From positions 62,001-126,000 of the forward strand of contig QPMI01000066.1 in the NCBI GenBank assembly GCA_004431415.1: DNA of 64,000 nucleotides, written 5' to 3'. Both the position numbers and the translations under genes were made by a program. Shown here in pieces: positions 1 to 10,831 of the stretch; position 1 is the stretch's first letter; every line of letters starts with the position of its first letter. The stretch is from Cyanophora paradoxa CCMP329 (Eukaryota > Plantae > Glaucophyta). The notes beneath the pieces are model-generated. The model was not told the DNA's origin and made no database searches. It saw nothing but the letters and a program-made list of their open reading frames with translations.

Positions 1-34
1 CCCCCGACCCCGTGAGAACCCTGTACCCCCGCAG

Positions 35-162
35 GCGGATGCGGCGGCGTCGGAGCACGGCGATGAGGAGCTCGACGTATCCCTCTGGGTTCGCTGTACC
101 CCACCCTTTCTCTGTAATCCCCTCTTCTGCCCCGTGACGTGAGCTTCGCGCCTCAGATCTGA
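35..162 (+). CDS. Probable last exons of a gene starting upstream of the window
   Basis: Acceptor ccgcag|35, exon ADAAASEHGDEELDVSLW (35-88), GT donor at 89, acceptor cctcag|157, then ATC TGA. Confidence 0.3.
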
Positions 163-415
163 GCAGCGCGCTGCCCGGGCCCGGGGCCCAAGAGTGTATT
201 CAGCTTATTGCATGCAGTATAAATTGTCTTTTCCGTAGCCTCGCAAGTATTTGTATTTCAATTCTATTGCAACAATGTGGCAGCCTCCTTCAAATTTGCG
301 CCTCGGATCTGAGCAGCACGCTGCCGGGGCCCGAGAGTGGTATTCAACTTATTGCACGCAATATCGACATGTACACTAGTACTTGTTCTGCAGCTTCGCA
401 AGTATTCGAAATTAA
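148..415. repeat. Diverged direct repeat, two copies of ~115 bp about 150 bp apart
   Basis: cgcctcRgatctgagcagcRcgctgcc...tattcaRcttattgca...tcgcaagtatt occurs at ~148-265 and ~298-415. Confidence 0.75.
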
Positions 416-1125
416 AAAGTGTGGCCATGGCGCATATATAATGATCTGGCATGCACAGCCTTCGAAATTCTTGATCATGCGCCGCAGGGCTGGTAATTGC
501 AATTGTGAGCTAATTAATTATAACGTTTAACGTACGGAGTATACGTGTGCAGCATATGGCAGGGACGCGCGATATCCGATGATCGATATCCGATGATCCG
601 ATCGTGATCCTGGCGGAACGCGCCGCGGCGCGATGCGGTGATCATGATGGGCATGCGCAAGCCCCATGCATATGTCGAGGCCCGGCGGCCCTGATCATGA
701 TCATGATCATGATGTTCGAAAAAATTCGCAAGTCACTGCGGCCAGGTCCGACGGTCGTCGTTGGCACGTGCGTGAATTCTTGGCCCATGGTCCCGTATGC
801 TCATCTCTCGACTTGACACAGACCGACACTCTATCTCTAGATCTATCCCCAGCCGTTTGTCTTGGTGTGTGCGAATTCATATTTCTTCCACGTGCATTAA
901 TTCAACTAGTACTGGCAGTTCAAAACAATTTCAATTCAAGGCTAAAGCTAGAGGCTACAGTTGATGAATGCAGCTACTTCATTGGCAGTGAAATATTGAT
1001 GCAAATTGATGGGATATCGCTGTATGAATGGAATAGCAGCGGCACTAGTACTAGTACTACGGAATGGAAAAGCAGCGGCACTAGTACTAGGGTTCATTGA
1101 TTCATTCACTCGGGGTCGGCTGCGG

Positions 1126-2560
1126 TCAGGCGAGCGCGTCGGGCGCGGGGTCGGCGGCGGCGGCGGCGAGCTGGGCCGCCCCGGCCTCGGCGGAAATGTC
1201 GGCCAGCTCGGCGTCGACTTCCTCCTCGAAATCCGCGAGCGCCGCCTCTCCTCCGTCCAGCTCCGGCGCCGCCTGGCGGAGGGCGTTCAAGAATGTGCAT
1301 CGAGCAAAGAAGAATTGTTTCTAGGGGGCCCAGCTATTCATGATATATATAAATATATTCATGATCATCATCGCCGAGTCGGGGCGGCTGATATTTGATC
1401 CGCGTCAAATTGTTTTCAGGTGGCCGATAGCTAGCTTTCCATGATCATCACTGGGGCGTCTGAACGTCCAGCGGACCTGCGTGTGGGCGACGAGCTCGTG
1501 ATCCTCGTCTACCCCGGCGTCCGCGGCCGGCTGGGTCGAGGTCGACGCGGGCGTCGGCGCCGACTGGTACCACTTGACCCCGTCGGCCCTGCGCGGGCGG
1601 ACAAGCGCGTCAGATCTGACCTCCGCCGATCGCGAGTCGCGAGGCCTAGGGCCGTGATCGGCGGTGCGCGTGCTTACATGTCGCGGAGCTGCGTGCAGAT
1701 GCGGGCGAAGAGGAACCGAGATCAGCGGGCCCCGGTTGGATGGGGGCGAGGGGAGCAGGGGGGAGAGGGGGGAGGAGGGGGGGGGGGGAGGGGAGGCGGA
1801 GGGGGGGGGGGGATTAAAAACTGCGCACCCCGCCCCTGTCGGCTCCCCAGAGGCCCCAGCACTGCCACTTTGCGGTGGCATCGGCCGCCGCGAAGGCCTC
1901 AACGGCGCCGCCCCCCCAGCAGTCGCCGCCCGGCGCCGACTCCCCGCCGTCGCAGACCTCTGCGGAACACCCTCGGGTAAGAATTTTTTAAGTTGTTTCG
2001 TTCATAATAAGGATCCTAGGCCCGGTCGTGCAGGGCGCGCGCGCGGCGGCGCACCGGCGGTGTACCCGGCCCTTACGCACAGGACCTTCGCCTGGTCCCT
2101 GATGTTGGTCCCGCCGCAGTCCTCGAGGTTGGCTGCCCCCGCGGAAAGGATAGCGTGCGAGCCCAAGTAAGAATATTAATGCCGTGGATTACAAATGAAA
2201 GCGGCGCAAGCAAGCAAGCAAACGCTGCGCGCCTGAGCCAGACTCTCCTTTTAACGTGCAGCTCTTCCCAGCGCCATCGCAGGTTTCCGTGTCGAAGAGC
2301 TGCGAATGCATGTGGAGTGAATATTCAACACTGCCTTATAAATTACGGCGGGCCGGGCCGGGGCCGGCCAGGTTGGGCCCCGGTCGGGTGTCGCCTCGGG
2401 CTGATGAAAAGGCTCTAGATTTAAAGCTAGCCTAGTAGACTCTGAGATCTCATCTGGCCCGCGGGCTGCACCTTGACGCGGTCATTCTTGTGGTACTTGA
2501 TCGTGCAGGCAACGAGGCTCGCGTCTGGTGCCATGTGGACGTGCACGTGAGCCTAAACCA
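1126..2560 (-). pseudogene. Degenerate intron-containing tyrosine-recombinase-like gene (possible Crypton-type relic)
   Basis: Minus-strand exon fragments appear in YR motif order: VACTIKYHKNDRVK (~2450-2550; resembles I..SKTD), IRDQAKVLCVRAGYTA (~2055-2160) and GGESAPGG...GGAVEAFAAADATAKWQCWGLW (~1830-1960; resembles HSxRRGGA...GRW). Next comes LRDM-TAA where the catalytic Tyr is expected, then an acidic terminal exon (1126-1290). Motif match by eye only. Confidence 0.35.
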
Positions 2561-3651
2561 CGGAAGGAACTGCGCGCGAGCCCGGATCATGATCATGATC
2601 ATGCATATGCATATGATCAGAGCTCGAGTCCAAGATGAAGGGAAGCGCACGCACGCGTCCTATCAGATGTGGGCCTCGATGTGCACCAATGTTCACCGGC
2701 GAGTCGCCGCGCGCAGCCCCGGCCCGCGAACGAGCGGCTGAACTCGCTTCGAATTCCGCGATCCGCCGACGCGCACGATGAACCAGCCGTACTACGTATA
2801 TATATACGCAGCCACGGGCTCGAGCTCAGCGCTCGCCGGTCGCCGTCGCAGCTGCAGAGTCAGTGCAGACTCACCGCGCCGACGCGACGTGTGAATTCGC
2901 AGCAGAATTCGAATTCGAAAGACGAGCTAGCGCTGCGCTCAGCTGCAGCTAGGAAGCGCTTGATGCGCTGGCTGCAAGCCTAGGCCTGCGCGTCCGACCG
3001 GACCGCGAACGCTTCGAGCCAATGCTCACGGTACAAGGAGTCCTCTGTGACTCAGCAAGCGCTGAATGCTAGCGCTACGAATTCGAGCTCAGCGCGGCTC
3101 GCCGGGAGCGCTAGCGCGCGGCGCGCGGCAGGCCGCCTAGCGCCTGTGCAGGGAGCAGCCTGAGGGAGCAGCGCTGGTGCGCCCGCCGTGCGCAGCGGTG
3201 TCTGCGGTGCGCTTCATGATCATCAGACGCGCATGCGGCTCGAGAAAGAGGCTTGAAGCGAGCAGCCGGGAGGCTAAAAAAAAGAGCGGTACCAAGTGCC
3301 CCTACTTCTAGCCTTCCGGCGGGTACCGTAGTTACATCCGGCGTGTCAGCGCGCGCTATAAATAGCTAAGCAGCCTAGGCGTGATCATCGGATGCATATA
3401 TCGATGGCGCCGGCGCCGCCTCGCGGCCGGCGGTGTCGCCAGCGGCGCCGGCGGGCGGCTGCGGCGGGCCGGAATGCATTGGTCTTGATATTTCGCTGAT
3501 CTCGCTCACCCGCTACCGCCTCCGCCTTAAGCTTAAGCTTCGCCGCGGACACGCCGGCGAGCTCGAGGCCAGCTAGCAGCAGGGGGCTGCGGGCGGGGCA
3601 GGGCGGGGCGGGGAAGGGGCCACGCTAGCCCTGCTACAGCCGCCCGGTCCC

Positions 3652-6600
3652 TCACTTCTTCTTCTTCTCGAAGAAGTTGAGGACGTTCACCCAGCCACCG
3701 AAGTACTGCGCGCGCGCCCCGCAGCCTCAGGCAGGGCAGGGCAGAGCAGGGGAGGGACGGGAAGGGAGGGCGCCGGGGCCCACCTCGGCCGGGTCCGGAC
3801 CAGCGTCCACCTGCGAGCGAAGAAGAAGAGCTCAGATCAGAGAGGGCAGTCGCGGCTGCTCGCGGCCGGCCGGCCCGGCGCACCTTCTCGAGGCCGCGGA
3901 TGGGCGCCAGCTTCGTTCGCACCGCGTTGATGGCGGCGTTGAGGATGCGCTGCGGGGCCGGGCGGGGCCGTCAGCGCCGCGGCCCCCCCCCGCGCGCGCG
4001 CGGCCGCCCCCGCTTTGGGCGCGCCTTCTCGCCCTTCCGGAGGACTGCCGACGTCCGCGCGTTGCCCTTGCACTCGGGGTCGTTCAGTATCAGGATCTCG
4101 TCCTGCGGGGTACCGCATTCGCTCGCTCGCTCGCTCGTTCGCGGGGGCGCCGGGGAGCAGCGCGGTACCCCCCGCGCACCTCCTCGGTGTTGCGGTACTC
4201 CTGGATCGTCAGCCGAAGCAGCTCCATGAGTGCCTAGGGGGTACGGGTGCGGCGCAAGATCAGGAAAAGGAAGTCCGCGGGGTACGCGGAATTTAGGGGG
4301 GTACCTGCAGGGCCTCGTACTCGTTCGCGGGGCTGACGATCTTCTGCATGGAGGTGAAGATCTGCGCGGGGGGGGGGGGGGTACGGGACGGTTCGGGCCA
4401 GGAAAAGAAGGGACTCAGGAAAAAACAAGGGAGGGAGGGGGGTACGGCACCTCGTCGCTGAAGCGGTCGAGCTCGTCGGCCTTGAGCTTCGCGAGGCGCT
4501 GGAAGGCGTACATCTGGTCCGGCATGCGGTCGGCGTACACGGGGAACGCCTGGACGCTGTGTTGTACCCCCCGCCAGCGTCGTCGCCCCCAATCAGCCTC
4601 GCGCCAGCCCCGACGAACGAGCGAACGAAGGAATCGCGCACCCGTTGAGGCCGTACTTCTGGAGGACCTTGATCTGCGCGCGGGGGGAGAGGGGGGGCGC
4701 CGGCGCTCAACACCTCCCCCCCTAACCACCCCCTACCCCCCCCCTTCCCCCCCCCCCTACCTTGGCTTCGGCGAGGGCGTCGAAGCCGACGGAGAGGGTG
4801 ATCTCGAGGCAGTCGAGCGGGTTCTCGGGATCGCGAACCCGTAGTTCAGCATCAGCTCTGCAGGGCGGAGCAGATCAGAGGAATAGTCAGCGGAGTAGTC
4901 AGCGGGGCCGGCCGGTGAGCGGAGGGCGGAGGGCGGATTTGGGCTATCTATCTAAGGCTAGTTCTCTTGCTAGCGGGGGCGGCCGGCCGGCGGAGCGAGG
5001 CCCCTTAGGGAGTCTTAAGGAGCCGGCTCTTTCTAGATACTGTAGTTCAGCGTCACCTCTGCCCCCGCCTCTAGAGTAGTAGTAGTCAGCGGGGGCGGCC
5101 GGCCGGCGGACGGAGGGCAGAGGGCGGAGTCGGGCCATCTCTCTCAGCCTAGTTCTCTAGCTAGCCCCCCCCCCGCCCCGGTTCTCTGCCTGCCCCGGTG
5201 TAGGCACGGGCATGGGCGGTAGGAGGCGGCTAGCCCCCCTCCACCTCCAACCCCTCGCGCCCATCGCCGCGCACCCGAGTTGGAGAGCTCGCCGTAGTTG
5301 ACGTGCACCGGCTGGCCCTTCTTGTACGGCCGGTCCGCCACCAGCACGACTGCGCCGAAAAAGCAGGGTCGGCCCAGCGGCGAACCGGGCGGAGCGAGCG
5401 TTTTTTTTCGGCGCACTGGACTCGGTCTCCTCGTCGTACTGCAGCTGCGCCCGCGCGTCCTGCTCGCCCCGCCGGCCCCCGCGCCCGATCAGCGCGCGGG
5501 CGCCTCAGGAGCGGGTTGAGGGGTGTACAGGGTCGCGCCTGGCGGTGGTTGGCGCAGTCGCCGACGGGTACGAGGGCGAGCTGGCCCGCCCCGCCCGCAG
5601 CTCCGGGAAGAAGGTGAACCTGCCGTCAATTAGAGCCCGATCAGCAGCTAGTTCCCTAGTATTGAGCTGAGGGTCCCTCTTTCAAGCGGCAGGAGGCTAG
5701 ATCAAGGCTCCTCTTTGAAGCTAGGAAGCGAGCCCGATTAGCTTGAGGTTCCTACTGGAAAGATCAAAGAATCTTCTAAGCGGAAGCAAGCTCAAGGCTC
5801 CTTGCGCCGAATAGAGCCCGAGGAGCATCAGGAAGCCCAAGGGTCCTTCCCGAACGCTAATCCCAGCTTGGGCCAAGTCAAGTCACCTGGAGAGCATGAT
5901 GGAGAACGCCCACGCGAAGTTGGCGCGCGTGAACGCCTCCTTAGGGAACAGCTTCGGGTACTCCTGCGGGGGGGGTGAAGGGGAGGGGGGTACTCGGAAC
6001 GGAGAAAGAAGGCGGGGGGAGGGAGCGGGGGTACATCCGCACCGCGAAGAGGGTCTCCTGGAGCACTGCGAACTCGTTGTCGATGGCGGTGGTGCGCTCC
6101 CTGCGCCGAAAATCGATCGGGGGGAAGGGAGGGGGGTACGCAGGCGGGGCGGACCGGGTGCGCATGAGGACGGGCGAGCCGCGGAGTTGCTCCTTGAGCT
6201 CGTCCTCGGACCAGGTGATGGTGGACGGGACGCGCGCGGGCAGCATGCGTGCGGCGGCGCGGCACGGTCAAGGGCGGCGGCGGCGGCGGCGGCGGAGGCG
6301 GAGGCGGAGGCGTGGGGAGTGCGTGCGGGCGGGGCGGGGCGGAGGATATGAATGTAGGGCGCCCACTCGGAGCCCGGGTTGCAGAAGCGCTCGTGGATGA
6401 GGAAGAGGGCGAGGGCGGTCCACTCGGAGACGTTCTGCAGCGCGTCGCCGAGCTTCGAGCTCATCGCGGTCTCGTACGTGATGATGTTCTCGTACGGGAT
6501 CGAGATGAGCGTGCCGCCCTCGGGCACGTCCTTGGCGGCGGCGCAGCCGAGGCCGTCGAGCTCCGTCTGGACGATGCGGACGCTCTGCTGCGGCACGCCG

Positions 6601-6926
6601 CGCGAGCGGAGCCAGTCGTCGAACTCCGGCAGCGCGGCGAGCCGCTCCTCGTCGTCGCTCCTCTCCGCCGCCTTCTTGTCGCCCTTGGCCATGCAGCTCG
6701 GGCCTGCCGGCGGCGCCGGGGCGATCCCACGGGCGCGAGCGCTCGCGCGGAAGTGGATCGGAGCGCCGAGGAACTCCGAGTGCGGCGGCACGGTCGGCGA
6801 GAGCCGGCTGGCGCCGGTCGACCTCGCCGCCCGCCCGCGCGCTGCAGGGTGCGAAGCTACGGCATCGCTCGTCGCTACGGCGCCTCGGGCCGCCGCCGGC
6901 ACGGCCGGAGTGACGAAGGCGTTCAT
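3652..6926 (-). CDS. Plastid-targeted SET-domain protein lysine methyltransferase, Rubisco LSMT family (multi-exon)
   Basis: Transit-peptide-like N-terminus MNAFVTPAVPAAAR. SET motifs GLGCAAAKDVPEGGTLISIP, SEWAPYIHILP, FAWAFSIMLSR, LALVPVGDCANH, QPVHVNYGELSNS-ELMLNYGF..ENPLD. Substrate-binding region VSPANEYEALQ...EYRNTEEQD. Ends FFEKKKK-TGA at 3652. Confidence 0.88.
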
Positions 6927-7049
6927 GATTTTATATCCCCCGGGGAACGAGCCGGGCCCGGGTACGGCCGCGTTGTCAACTTCGGCGTGGGTCGCGCAGC
7001 AAGGCTCCGAGCTTTGTCGCTGTCTGTAGAGTTGCAGGCATCGCAGCAT

Positions 7050-7198
7050 CAGGCGCCCTTAGGGGCTGCCTCGCCGTCTCCTGCAGAACTTCGCCCCTGT
7101 GCAGAAGCGCTTAGCCGAGCGCCAGGCGCCCTTAGGGGCTGCCTCGTCGTGCCCTCCAGAACTTCGCTGATCTCCGGAAGCGCTCAGCCGAGCGCCAG
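7050..7198. repeat. Tandem duplication (2 x ~74 bp) in the divergent intergenic/promoter region
   Basis: caggcgcccttaggggctgcctcg...cagaacttcgc...gaagcgctYagccgagcgc at 7050-7122 and 7123-7198, between ATGs at 6926(-) and 7340(+). Confidence 0.85.
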
Positions 7199-7339
7199 TC
7201 CAATCAGATGCAGGCACCGCGCTCTCCAGGGCGCTCGCCGCCCCGCTCCAGGCGCGGCAGCCGCCAGGACGGCGAGCACGCCGCCGTCGACCACACAGCG
7301 TGGGTCTCGGGCGTCGCGGCAGCGTATGCGACTCCTGTG

Positions 7340-9530
7340 ATGAGCGAGCGGACTGCCAAGGTCTGGGAGAAGGTGGTGGAGGTCCGCTCGGCCCGCAACC
7401 TCTGTCGCGCTTTGCCGACCCGCCGGCGCCGCAGCGGGAGGTGCAGCATGCGAGCGAACAGGGGTCCGAGGCGCAGGAGCGCGTCTCGGAGGCGATGGCG
7501 GCGTCCGCTCCCGTCTCGCAGCTCATGAAGAGCATCGAGTGCGCCCAGAGCCTCCACGGCCGCTCGCGTCGCTTCTGAGCCGCCCGCCGCAGCCGGAGCG
7601 TGGCGCCGAGCGCGCGTCGTCCCTCCGTACCCATTTCGCCGGCCGCGCAGCGCATCGGTGCGTTGCGGGGCGCTCGCGGCTCCGCCTCGGCCCGCGGCCG
7701 GCGCTGAGCGCCCGGCAGTCCACGTGCAGCGCGGCAAGTCTCCCACGAGGCGTGCCTCCATCGGAATCGCGGCCTCGGACGCTGCGGACCACCCCTTCGG
7801 AGCCGGGTGCGCCGCGCCGCCGCCTCCGCCCGGCCCGCCCGCCCCTAAGCTTCCCCGGCGCAGGGTCGCGGACTGGGGCCAGCTGCGTGCCGGCGGGGAC
7901 TCCTCGAAACTTCTTGCGCAGTGGTCCCAGGACGGGGTGGACGCGGAGGGGAACTTCGAGGGGGAAACGGGGCCGGAGCCGGACCCGGGCGCGGGGGCGG
8001 GGGCGGGGCTGCCCCCGGCGGGGGTACAGCCCCGCGAGGACGACGCCTCGCGCCCCCTGTCGGCCCCCGCGCACGCGGCGCGGAGGCGGAGCGTGGGGGC
8101 CCCCGGCCAGCGGGCGGCGCCCTCGAGCTCCCCCCGGGGTGAGCCGCCGTCGGGGGCGTGGGGTACGCCGAAGCAGGACCCGGGGCTCCCGGACCCCGCG
8201 GAGGCCATGGCCGCCCCCGCGGCGGGCTTCGTAAAGCAGCACCCGGCCAGGCCCGCCGCCCCGCCTCCTCCAACTCTCTCGCCCCGGCCTCCTTCGGCTC
8301 TCTCGCCCCGACCCCCGCCCCGACCCCGCACCGGCCCCTCTGCCCCGCCCCGCCCCGCCCCGCCGAGCCTCCCCCGCCCCCGCCCGTCCCGTCCCTGCCG
8401 GTCCCGCTCCTCCCGGGCCCCTCCGCCACCATCGAGTTCGAGCCGCTGCATACCCCCCAACGGGGCCCCGGCGGATCCCCGTCGCCCCCCCGGGCCCCTC
8501 CACCCCTGGAGGCCGCCTTGACCCCGGCTCCCCCCGGGCGCATTCGTACCCGTCCAGCTCGTCGCGAAAACGACCGTCGAGGCGAGCCGCTACCCCCACC
8601 CCCTCCCCCCCCCCCCCCCCGGGTACTGACCCGGGCACAGATCACGACCGACTTGTTCGCGCTTGGGGGCCCCTCGGACGATCCCACCAGCGGCGAGGAG
8701 GGCAAGCCCCGCCGAATTGCCCGTGCGCCCGTGCCCACGTACCCCTGCAACTCCATCCTCCCTTAATCCTCTACCCCTTCAGAGAACACGACGACCTTCA
8801 CGACGACCACGAGCGGCGTGGGCATCCTCCCGCAGGCCTCCGAGGGGGGTACGCCCCACTCCTTCGAGATCCAGACCGCCGTGAGGGCCTCGGCGGCCGC
8901 GGGGCCCGTGCCGCCCTCGGACCGGCCCCCGGGCGCTGCCGTCGCCCTGGCGGCGGCCTCCGCCTCCGCCTCCGCCTCCGCCTCCGCCTCCGCCTCTGCG
9001 CTGGACGCCCCCCGGCGCCCCTCGCCGGCCTCGGCCGGGCCGCCGGGGCCCGTGGCCGTGGCGCTCGCCGTGGGCGGCCTGCCCTCCGCCTTCGCCGTGG
9101 CGGCCCCGCCGCCCACGAGAAGCCCCACCACAAGGCCGTCTCCTCCCCCGCCCTCTCCGTCTCGACGGCCCCCGCCTCGCCCGCCCGCCCGCCCCGCCCC
9201 CGCCCCGATCCGTGCGCCCCGGCCCGTCTCTTCCCCCTCTTCCTTCCTTGCGTCTCCAAACCTTCCCCCCCGCAGCCCCCTCCGGCCCCGTCTTCGTACC
9301 CCTCATCGGCGACGACGAATCCCGTGCGAACGCCCGGTACCCCCTTTGAAAGACTCTAGACGACGCCCCTCAGCAGAGCTCGTGACGGAGCGGGTGGAGG
9401 AGGGGGAGAAGCCGGAGAAGGGTACCGGGTCGGACGTCCGGGCGATCCTGGCGCACGCGGCGACGGCGCCGTCCCCGCGCCTGCTCGCCCCCCTCAACAG
9501 CCTCGACGACGGTTCTACCCCTTCTCTCCG

Positions 9531-9561
<31 letters not shown>

Positions 9562-10503
9562 AGCCTTGCCTTGACGCGGTACTCCCGCAGCGCGGCCCTC
9601 GATCTCGTGGACCACAAGGAGTTCGAGGGGGCGCTCTCAGTCCCCGTAGCCCCCCTGAACCGCGCCTCGTCCCGGGCCGGCTCCCTGCCGGGCCCAGGCT
9701 CCGCCTCGCCCCCCGCTTCCCCCTTGCCGCCCGACGCGGCGGCGGGCGGCGCCGGGGGCCACCTCGATGTACCCCCCGAGGCGGCACACGGGTACGAGAC
9801 GACGTACGAGACGACGGACGCCGAAGAGGCATTCCACGCCGAGAAACCCGACGCCGAGAAGCCCGACAAGTCCCGCCGCCGGCGCCGCAAGAAGGTCCGT
9901 GCCTGGCGCCCCGCCCCGCCCCGACCCGACCCCGCCCCCGCCCCCGCCCCCGCCCCCGCCCCCGCCCGGCCGAGCGGGGCCGAACGCCGAACGCGGGCCC
10001 GCAGGTCGCGCGTTTCGCGGGGGAGGAGGCGATGGCGGCCGAGGCGAAGCGAAGAGAGCTCGAGGAGAGGCACACCGACCACATCCTCTGCGACGTGCGC
10101 GCGTACCCCTCCCTCCATCCCCCCGCCTTGCGTTCGTTCCCCCGCCGTGGATGATCCGGCCGGGCCCCGCGCAGCTCCCGCTGCCCATCAAGCGCATCGT
10201 CTTCGCCGACGCGTACCCCGTGCGCCGTTCGCGGCACCCCTGCGCGCCGTGTCGAACTCGCCACCCCGCTTACATTGCCGCCTTGCCGCCAGGTCGTCGT
10301 GCAGATCGCGAGCATGTACCGGCAGCAGCTCGGCGGGAACAACCCGATCACAAAGAAGGCCATCGCTCAGGTGAGAGGCCCAGCGTCGCGCCTGCAGCTG
10401 AGTCGGCCCTAGCGCGGCCGTCGCGGCCCTAGCAGGAGCCCTGACACGAAAGCGGCAGGTCCGGCGCCTGGCGGCGCAGATCGGCGTCTCGCCCGACTTT
10501 TAG
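7340..10503 (+). CDS. Unknown low-complexity Pro/Ala-rich protein with a small helical C-terminal region (multi-exon)
   Basis: ATG 7340 MSERTAKVWEKVVE|REVQHASEQ..., a series of GT/GC-AG-bounded exons, and a C-terminus ...LPIKRIVFADAY|VVVQIASMYRQQLGGNNPITKKAIAQ|VRRLAAQIGVSPDF-TAG. No recognisable domain. Confidence 0.55.
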
Positions 10504-10831
10504 TACTCAGAGAAACTTTCTGTCTCGAAATCTGCTGCCTGCCTGCCTTGCCAGCTTGAAGGCTCGAAGACTAACATTTGATCGCGGTTTGGGCCCCCAA
10601 CTTTGGGGGAGGGGGGGGTACGTACGCGTTGTTCACGCGAGAGGCGAGGGTTCGAGCTCGCGGCTTCCCGGAAGAGCCAGCCCGCCAGTAGCCGCGAGTT
10701 CCAGCAGTGCAGGAGGAGAGCTTTGTTACACTCGACCCTCGTCCCCATTCCGCGCCCGTCAATCATCTTGACGGACGCGCACGCGCCAGTCACCGAGTCT
10801 CGGCGGCGCTAGCGAACACTTATCGAGCAAC

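Noticed and set aside
3266-3319. Imperfect hairpin (ccgggaggcta...tagccttccgg), and a similar small hairpin at ~39328-39359, as ncRNA or Helitron end
   Set aside because: Too short and imperfect, with no supporting terminal motif or RNA-family features.
500-3500. Cloning-vector or polylinker contamination suggested by dense restriction-site palindromes
   Set aside because: The palindromes are dispersed through native sequence and are polymorphic between paralogous copies following the fold-back rule; there are no vector features.
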